Of a DNA stretch of 64,000 bases, positions 57,313 to 64,000 are shown one piece after another; positions within the stretch are counted from its first letter, which is position 1, and every line of letters begins with the position of its first letter. The notes beneath the pieces were generated by a model, which was not told where the DNA came from, did not search any database, and saw only the letters and a program-made list of their open reading frames with translations. The translations under genes were made by a program, and so were the position numbers. The DNA is from Pseudomonadota bacterium (GTDB taxonomy: Bacteria; Pseudomonadota; Alphaproteobacteria; Sphingomonadales; Sphingomonadaceae): contig JBCCCM010000012.1 in the NCBI GenBank assembly GCA_039033515.1, positions 2,710-66,709 of the forward strand, read 5' to 3'.

Positions 57313-58308
57313 ATGAGCACTCAAAGCTCCCCAGTTGAGAACGCTGCCTGCAACGCGGGCCTTATCGGCCACACCGGCTTTGTCGGCTCGACACTGGCGC
57401 GCCAAACGCGTTTTGCCGCTGGCTTCAACAGCGCCACTATCTCTGAAAGCGCGGGCGCGCATTTTGACACGCTGGTCTGCGCCGCCGCGCCCGGCTCCAT
57501 GCTGGAGGCCAACACCGCGCCCGAAGTCGACCGAGCCAAAATCCACGCGCTGATCAATCATTTGTCGCGCATCAAGGCCGACCGGTTTGTCCTGATTTCC
57601 TCCATCGCTGTGCTCGCCGAATTTGCGGGCGGCGATGACGAAGGGACGCGCGCGTTTCAGACGCAGCTCGCCTACGGCAAACACCGCCGCGAGCTTGAAG
57701 CCTTCGTCGAAGATCACTTTGCCGATCATCTGATCGTGCGCTTGCCCGCACTGTTTGGACAGGGCCTGCGCAAGAACTTCATCTTCGACCTGATGAACCC
57801 GGTGCCCTCGATGCTGAACGCGGCGCGGTTGGATGCGTTAATTGACACTCTGCCTCAAGCGCTGTCAGATCAAGCAAAACAGCTCTACGCGCACCCCGAT
57901 CCCGTAACCGGACTAATCCGTTTGGACCGCGCCGCGCTCAACGCCAGCGCGCATCGCCGCAGCTTGGAAGAGGCAGTGGCAAACCATGGCTTTAGCGCGG
58001 TCGGGTTTCACAACCCGGCGACGACGTATCAGTATTACGAGATGGCGCGCCTGTGGTCCGATATCGGCGTCGCGCTGGAGCATGGTTTGACCCACCTACA
58101 CCTCGTCGCCCACCCGCTCGAAACCGCGCGCATTCATCAGGAAGTTCTAGGCCGCGCCATGCCCGACAGCGGGGCACGGCTGCACCGCGAAGATATGCGC
58201 ACCCGCCACGCCGATCTTTGGGGCGCGCGCGGGCCCTACCAGTTCAGCGCTGAGGCCACCTTGGATAGCCTTGCCGCGTTCGTGGCCGAAGAAAGAGCGC
58301 CCGCGTGA
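57313..58308 (+). CDS. NAD-dependent epimerase/reductase-like protein
   Basis: GLIGHTGFVGS, LISSIAV, YGKHR, VRLPALFG. Confidence 0.82.
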   Translation: MSTQSSPVENAACNAGLIGHTGFVGSTLARQTRFAAGFNSATISESAGAHFDTLVCAAAPGSMLEANTAPEVDRAKIHALINHLSRIKADRFVLISSIAVLAEFAGGDDEGTRAFQTQLAYGKHRRELEAFVEDHFADHLIVRLPALFGQGLRKNFIFDLMNPVPSMLNAARLDALIDTLPQALSDQAKQLYAHPDPVTGLIRLDRAALNASAHRRSLEEAVANHGFSAVGFHNPATTYQYYEMARLWSDIGVALEHGLTHLHLVAHPLETARIHQEVLGRAMPDSGARLHREDMRTRHADLWGARGPYQFSAEATLDSLAAFVAEERAPA

Positions 58309-59174
58309 AACCGCTCCCCTTCACCTTGGCCATGTCGAACATCGCATGGGCCCCGGACGAGCGGCTCGACGCCTATCGCCTGATGGCAAACGCCGGGCTG
58401 ACGAGCCTAGAGATCGCGCCGGGCCTGTTCTTCCACGCGGCTGACAACCCGTTTGTCCCGGATAAAAGCGTTGCTGATCAAGCGGTGCGCGAAGCCGAAG
58501 CGTTCGGACTGCGCCTCGTCTCGATGCAGTCGCTGTTGTTCGGTGTCGCAGGCGCGGCCTTGTTCGAGGGCCACCGCGCGCGCGCCACGCTGGTCGAAGG
58601 GATGCGCCGCGCGATTGATCTGGCTGGGCGCTTTGAAATTCCCAACCTCGTCTTTGGCTCGCCGGGCCAACGCAACGTGCCCGACACCGTCGCGATGGAC
58701 CGCGCGCGGGATGAAGCCGCGCAGGTGTTTCACGACTTGGCCGATTACGCCTCCAAAGCGGGCACACGCATCGCGTTTGAGCCCAACCCGGCGGCCTATG
58801 GCACCAATTTCGTCAACACGCTGGATGAGGCGTTGGCTTTTATCGAGCGAGTAAACCACCCCGCGCTCGTCCCGATCCTTGATCTGGGCGCGATGCATAT
58901 GAACGGCGAGTTTCACGAGGTGCCCACGCGCGCGCCCGCTCTCGCCTCGCGCCTCAGCCATGTGCATATCAGCGAGCCCAATCTCGACCCCGCGCCCGCG
59001 CGCGCCGTGGAATTGGCCCCCGTGCTAAGCGCTTTGGGAGAGGCGGGCTACACCCGCGCGGTCTCGATCGAAATGAAGCGCCCGGAAGGCGGCCTCGCCG
59101 AAGTCGAAGCGGCCCTGTCGCGCCTGATCGAAGCGACCCGATCGCACGAAACGCAAGAGGCCTCGCATGCATGA
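58305..59174 (+). CDS. Sugar phosphate isomerase/epimerase (xylose-isomerase-like TIM barrel)
   Basis: SNIAW, LEIAP, LVFGSP, FEPNP, LDLG, HVHISEP, SIEM. Confidence 0.88.
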   Translation: MKPLPFTLAMSNIAWAPDERLDAYRLMANAGLTSLEIAPGLFFHAADNPFVPDKSVADQAVREAEAFGLRLVSMQSLLFGVAGAALFEGHRARATLVEGMRRAIDLAGRFEIPNLVFGSPGQRNVPDTVAMDRARDEAAQVFHDLADYASKAGTRIAFEPNPAAYGTNFVNTLDEALAFIERVNHPALVPILDLGAMHMNGEFHEVPTRAPALASRLSHVHISEPNLDPAPARAVELAPVLSALGEAGYTRAVSIEMKRPEGGLAEVEAALSRLIEATRSHETQEASHA

Positions 59175-60211
59175 GCCTCTCTCGAAATCGTTCAAGCAGC
59201 GCCGCGAGGATGTCGTCGTATCCGCGTGTTTTTCCGACCTTGCGCCGACACCGCGCAGCTTTGCCATCATCCGCGATCTCGCCGCGACGCTCGACACGCA
59301 ATACCGTTTTCGCGAGATCATCCTCGTAGTCGAGGAAGACGCTCGCGAAGCGTTTCTGCCGCTCGTCGAAGAAGTCAGCGATCTGCGCCTTTTCGTGGTC
59401 CGCAAAGGCACCGAATATTACGAACGCCGCGTGATCGCCGCCCAAGAAGCCATCGGCGATCTAGTGCTGATCGGCCATCTCGAAGAGGTCGCGGCAATGG
59501 ACGCGCTCGCTTTCTTCGCCCGCGCGGAAAGTTCAAACGCCATCGCCATAGCCAATCGCTTTGCGCGACGTCCGATCAAGGATCTGATCGCCTGGCCGTT
59601 TCGCGCGCTTGGACGACTTGCTGGCTTTCGCGTTGACCCCAGCGATTTTCAGACCATCGCGATGCCGCGCACGCTGTTGAACCCGATCCTCGCGCATGAT
59701 GAGCCGCGCCTTGCCCTGCGCTATCCGCCGCGCGATCCGCGCCTGCCGGTCGCGGGGTTTCGGGTGGAGCAGAACGTCACCACGCGCAGCGCTTGGCGCG
59801 ACATTCCACGCCGCGCGCTGCTGTTTCAAACGCTGCTGGTGTACCTCACCCCGATCATCCTCTCAGCGGTCGCGATTTCATCCTCCGTGCTGACACTCGT
59901 GGGGCTGGCCTACGCCGCGTGGATCGTGGGCGCGGTGATCGTGGTGGAGCGGCTCGCGGATGGGGTGGCTGACGACCAACGCGATGCTGGCGATGAGCGC
60001 GATCTTCATGGGGGCATCGACGCTGGGGCTCAGCCTGGGCCTCCAGCACCTGCTCAAACTGCACTCGCGCGGGCAAAGCGGCGATGCCCCCGAAGAGGTC
60101 AACCGCATTGATCTGTTCGGCAAAGTCGCCGGCGACCTGAATGTCGAACTCGAAAGCGATATCGGCGCGCCTGCGCTCCCCTCATCCCCTTCGGTCAAAG
60201 GCGATGATTAA
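59167..60211 (+). pseudogene. GtrB/GT2-like membrane protein split by a single-base frameshift
   Basis: The 59167 frame matches a GT2/GtrB pattern to ...VERLADG; the C-terminal TM (GWLTTNAML...) continues in the 59960 frame; deleting one G from GGGG 59962-59965 gives a 347-aa ORF. Confidence 0.75.
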
Positions 60212-61365
60212 TGGAGCCTCGCGCGCGTCACTCTTATGATTACGTCGTGATCGGCGGCGGCTTTTATGGCTGCTGTCTTGCGCTCTATCTGCGGTCAATC
60301 TCTGAGCGCGTGCTGCTGGTCGAGGCGAGCGATGCGCTGATGACGCGCGCCTCGCGGGTCAACCAGGCGCGCGTCCACACCGGGTTTCACTACCCGCGTT
60401 CGGCCGTCACCGCGGTCAAATCGATGCTGCTGCACCAAAAATTCCTGCGCGATTTTCCCGAGGCGGTCGTCGATGATTTTCAGATGCTCTACGCCATCGC
60501 CCGGCGTCGCTCGAAAATCACCGCGAAGAAATTCCACCGCATGTTCCGCGATATCGGCGCGCCGATTGAACCCGCCCGCCCCGATCAGCGCGCGCTGTTC
60601 AACCCCGACCGGATCGAAGACGTGTTCGCCTGTTTCGAAGTCGCCTTCGATTATTCGATCCTCGCGCGCGATATGGCGAAGCGGCTGGATCAAGCGGGCG
60701 TCGAAGTGCGGCTGTCAACGCAGCTGATGACCCTGTCCGACAGGGCGCAAGGCGTCGTCGCCGGGCTATCGGATGGAAGCGAGGTGAGCGCGCGCTACGC
60801 CTTCAACATCACCTATTCGCAGATCAACTCCGTGCTCGCGAAAGCCGATTTGCCGCCCGCCAGCCTCAAACACGAGATCGCCGAAATCGCGCTGGTCGAA
60901 CCGCCCGAAGAGCTCGCAAGCGCGGGCGTCACGGTCATGGATGGGCCGTTTTTCAGCTGCATGCCCTACCCTGCCGCCGGGCTCCATTCGCTCACCCATG
61001 TGCGCTACACCCCGCATGAAAGCTGGGCCGACACGAGCGCGCGCGACCCCTACGCGTATTTCGCCGCATGCGATTCGGAGACGCGTTACGCCTTCATGCT
61101 GCGCGATGCACAGTTGTATATGCCGTGCTTGGGTGAGGCGCGCTATCACCGTTCGATCTATGATGTGAAGACCGTTCTGATCAAGAACGAGCAGGATGAC
61201 GGCCGTCCGATCCTCTACCATCAAAAGCCGGACGACGCGCGCGTGATCTCGATCCTCGGCGGCAAGATCGACAACATTTACGACCTCTTCGACGCGGTGA
61301 AGATGACCGCGCCCGAATTTGCAGACGCCAGCGCGCGCTTCGTGTTCGAGGGCGAATATGCCTAG
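60211..61365 (+). CDS. FAD-dependent oxidoreductase (DAO/LhgO-like fold)
   Basis: VVIGGGFYG, ASRVNQARVHTGFHYPRS, VMDGPFFS, GGKIDNIYD. Confidence 0.88.
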   Translation: MEPRARHSYDYVVIGGGFYGCCLALYLRSISERVLLVEASDALMTRASRVNQARVHTGFHYPRSAVTAVKSMLLHQKFLRDFPEAVVDDFQMLYAIARRRSKITAKKFHRMFRDIGAPIEPARPDQRALFNPDRIEDVFACFEVAFDYSILARDMAKRLDQAGVEVRLSTQLMTLSDRAQGVVAGLSDGSEVSARYAFNITYSQINSVLAKADLPPASLKHEIAEIALVEPPEELASAGVTVMDGPFFSCMPYPAAGLHSLTHVRYTPHESWADTSARDPYAYFAACDSETRYAFMLRDAQLYMPCLGEARYHRSIYDVKTVLIKNEQDDGRPILYHQKPDDARVISILGGKIDNIYDLFDAVKMTAPEFADASARFVFEGEYA

Positions 61366-63499
61366 CCTCGCGCCCACTCAGGCGGTTGGGCAGGCGCAGC
61401 CCGCGCCTGCGCCGGTGCGCGCCGCTGAGCGTAGTTGGACACAGATTTCCAGCGGCTGGTTCATGGTCGCGCTGGCCTGCGTCCTTATCGGCCTCAAAGG
61501 CGCGACCCTGCTGACCACGCACAGCCTGCATTCGATTGATGGCGCCATGCAGACATGGTTCGCTCTCAACGGGTTCGCGGACGGTCAGCAATTGGGTGTC
61601 GAGTTTCAGTCCTATCTCGGGATCACGATGATCCTTGCGCTTTTGCCCGCTTTTCTGGCGCTAGGCCAAACGCTGTTCGCCTCGACCTTTGCCGCGTATG
61701 CCGCCGTGATCGCAGGCGCGTTTGCCTCGGCCTATGCCATCGCATGGTGGCTCAGGATTGTGCCGCGCAGCTGGCGTGGATTTGCGGCAATCGCGATCGT
61801 CTTCACCTTCTACTATGCGCTGCGGCTTGCGGGGGAAGCGGTGGGCTATCCGACGCCCGCGAGCTTTGATCCCGGCGTCTCGCTGAGGCCGCTGCGCGGG
61901 TTCCTGCCGTTTCTCGCTTTACCTCTGTTTGTCATAGGTTTGCGCGCCCTTCTTCGAACGCAGTCTTGGATATATGGAGGCGCGTTGGGCGGTGCGGCGG
62001 GGCTTGGCCTGCTGTGGTCGAACGATGCTGGCATTCCGCTGGTCATCGCGATGGCCATAGGCCTGACCGCCGCGCTGTGGCCCCGCGCTGGACTGTTGGC
62101 CAAGGCGCTTGCCGCCTACGCCGTGGGCGCGCTGGCCAGCGCCGCTGCGCTGCTTCTGATCGTCACGCGCGGCGCGCCCAGTGGCTGGCTGAAATACAAT
62201 TTCATCGCCGTTGCGGGCGACCAGTTCTGGTATTTCGGCCCATGGGACCGCGAAGCGCGCATCCTGTCACCGCTTGATGCACCGGGCATCCTTGCCCAAG
62301 GCGAGCCGCTTGGCGTGATCGGGCTGGTCCTGCTCGCCACCTATGTGCTGATCGCGCTCATTCGCCGCGCGAGGGGACGCGGTTCGCCGGTACGCGAGGG
62401 CGCGTTTGTTTTCGTCGGCGCTGCGGTGCTGGGCACGGCTCTGATCCCGCAAATCGGCGGGCATATCGGCGCAGAATACAACGCCATCACTTTCGTGCTC
62501 GGCGCGTGCGCGCCGGTGATCGTCTTCCAACGCATGATCCTGCGCGCGGTGAAGCCGTGGCTTCGCGCCATCCCGCCGCGCGCGCCCGCGCTCGCCGCTG
62601 TTGCTGCTGGTGCGATCATGGTGCTGGTCGACACAGCGTCTCTGGCCGCCGCCCGCGACACGCTGCGCACCGAATACATCGAAAAGCTCGGGTTTTTCGT
62701 CACACCAGACTTCGCCGCTGACACACGCGCCATCCAGCGACTGAACACCTTTTGGGAGGAGCGCGGCGTTCTTCCGCGCGGCCGCCGCCTTCTCTCGGTC
62801 TACACCTCCGCGCTTGATGTGGCGGCGGGCACACAGAGCCCCGCCCCGGTGGGCTCGCTGATCCACGCGCTCGGGGCCGAGAACCGCGCTAGCTACACCG
62901 CTCTTGTCGCCAATCTCGATGTGGCGAGCGTGACCACCATCGCGCCCGATTACAGCGGTTGGGAGGGGTGGAACCTACGCGCCAACTGGCCTTTCTTTCG
63001 CGCTCTTCGCCGCTTCTACACGCCGATCGCGCGCACCGATCAGCACGTCTTGTGGGTCGCCGGAGGCGGTCAGACCGCCGCCACGCCCGCTTCGTGCGAG
63101 GTAATTCGCGATGCGACGGGCACCATGCGGATAAAGGTAGAGGCACAGCGCAGCGGTCTCGCCTCGGTCACGCTTGCACGGCGCGATTTCGAAACTACTG
63201 GGCGCGCCGCGATGCTGACCGTCAGTGAAGATTCGCCCTTCAGCCGCGCCTTCGATCAAAGCGACAAAGGCCCGCCTTGGGGTGGGTTCCCCCGCTACGG
63301 CGTCGCCAATGCGCGAGAGCTCGCGCTTGTCGCCCCGGTCGAACCCGATGCACTCACGCAGCTAACGCTGGAAACGCTGGGCCGCGTGCCACTTGGCGAG
63401 GCGACCTGCTCGGCGCTTGTCTATGAGACGATCGACTTTACCGCGCTCCCGACGCTTTCGACCGGGATTGATCGCCTGATAGGAAGGGCGCGGCCATGA
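61358..63499 (+). CDS. Large polytopic membrane protein, possible GT-C-like transferase
   Basis: More than 10 predicted TM helices then a soluble C-terminal domain; sits between sugar-modifying enzymes and GtrA. Confidence 0.7.
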   Translation: MPSLAPTQAVGQAQPAPAPVRAAERSWTQISSGWFMVALACVLIGLKGATLLTTHSLHSIDGAMQTWFALNGFADGQQLGVEFQSYLGITMILALLPAFLALGQTLFASTFAAYAAVIAGAFASAYAIAWWLRIVPRSWRGFAAIAIVFTFYYALRLAGEAVGYPTPASFDPGVSLRPLRGFLPFLALPLFVIGLRALLRTQSWIYGGALGGAAGLGLLWSNDAGIPLVIAMAIGLTAALWPRAGLLAKALAAYAVGALASAAALLLIVTRGAPSGWLKYNFIAVAGDQFWYFGPWDREARILSPLDAPGILAQGEPLGVIGLVLLATYVLIALIRRARGRGSPVREGAFVFVGAAVLGTALIPQIGGHIGAEYNAITFVLGACAPVIVFQRMILRAVKPWLRAIPPRAPALAAVAAGAIMVLVDTASLAAARDTLRTEYIEKLGFFVTPDFAADTRAIQRLNTFWEERGVLPRGRRLLSVYTSALDVAAGTQSPAPVGSLIHALGAENRASYTALVANLDVASVTTIAPDYSGWEGWNLRANWPFFRALRRFYTPIARTDQHVLWVAGGGQTAATPASCEVIRDATGTMRIKVEAQRSGLASVTLARRDFETTGRAAMLTVSEDSPFSRAFDQSDKGPPWGGFPRYGVANARELALVAPVEPDALTQLTLETLGRVPLGEATCSALVYETIDFTALPTLSTGIDRLIGRARP

Positions 63500-63909
63500 G
63501 TGAGCTGATCCGCTTTTTCGCCGTCACCGTGCTGGGCGTGATGATCGACATCGCTATCGCGTGGGCGTTGCACACCTATGCGGGCGTTCCGCTCTGGCTG
63601 GCCGCGACCTGTGGCTTCGTCCTCGCGGCGAGCGGGAACTATGTCCTCCACCAAATCTGGAGCTTTCAGGACGGGTCGCGCCAGCTTTCCGCCGCGCGAG
63701 GGGCGAAATACGGCGCGGTTGCCCTCGTCACGCTGGCCGCGCGGATTGCCACGGTCGCCGGGCTTGAGCGCGTGTGGGAAGTGGGCTGGCCGCTTGCTAT
63801 CCTGATCGGCGGCGCGGGCGTCTCGTTCTTCGTCAATTTCTCCCTGAGCAAGCTGTTCGTCTTCGCTGAGCGCCCAACGCTTAGCCCACCAAAGCGGAGC
63901 CGATCATGA
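63496..63909 (+). CDS. GtrA-family lipid-linked sugar flippase
   Basis: ELIRFFAV, NYVLHQIWSF, NFSLSKLFVF; 4 TM. Confidence 0.9.
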   Translation: MSELIRFFAVTVLGVMIDIAIAWALHTYAGVPLWLAATCGFVLAASGNYVLHQIWSFQDGSRQLSAARGAKYGAVALVTLAARIATVAGLERVWEVGWPLAILIGGAGVSFFVNFSLSKLFVFAERPTLSPPKRSRS

Positions 63910-64000
63910 GAGATCCGACCGTCTACGCCTTTGATGACAGCGAGTGGGAGGTGCCCGCGCACGAGGTCGCGCTTTACGCGGACAAGCGCCACAAACACGC
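63906..64000 (+). CDS. 5' part of the next gene (probably a GT2 glycosyltransferase), cut off by the window edge
   Basis: ATGA overlap with gtrA; open to the window end: MRDPTVYAFDDSEWEVPAHEVALYADKRHKH. Confidence 0.5.
   Translation, partial: MRDPTVYAFDDSEWEVPAHEVALYADKRHKH

Overview
A 64 kb, high-GC alphaproteobacterial chromosome segment. Gene content and repeat types point to a sphingomonad such as Erythrobacter; that assignment is inferred from protein similarity. The backbone is housekeeping and metabolic genes: uvrB, hemC-hemD-Mic60-like, tsaD-gpsA, a UbiH-family hydroxylase, DsbD/CcdA redox genes, acyl-CoA dehydrogenases, maiA/FAH, frmA, alternative oxidase, ald, SSADH and phoD. Embedded in it are five notable modules. 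(1) A complete four-gene Anbu operon. (2) A sigma54/RtcR-controlled rtcB-rtcA RNA-repair operon whose 5' leader carries a strongly base-paired RNA element. (3) Converging on it, a seven-gene operon: SPFH/SHOCT, two Zn-ribbon DUF4178-like proteins, an unannotated 46-aa microprotein, DUF350, a membrane-bound aminopropyltransferase and SpeD. (4) A lipid-carrier-type surface glycosylation cluster with GtrA, whose GT-like gene has a one-base frameshift; it runs off the right edge. (5) Two low-GC scars where palindromic REP/MITE elements sit at the breakpoints of 5'-truncated genes (a higB toxin and a GIY-YIG nuclease). A copy of one of these REPs is also translated inside the N-terminus of gpsA. 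No rRNA, canonical tRNA, CRISPR array, intact transposase or integrase was seen. All family assignments come from motifs recognised by eye; no database searches were run.
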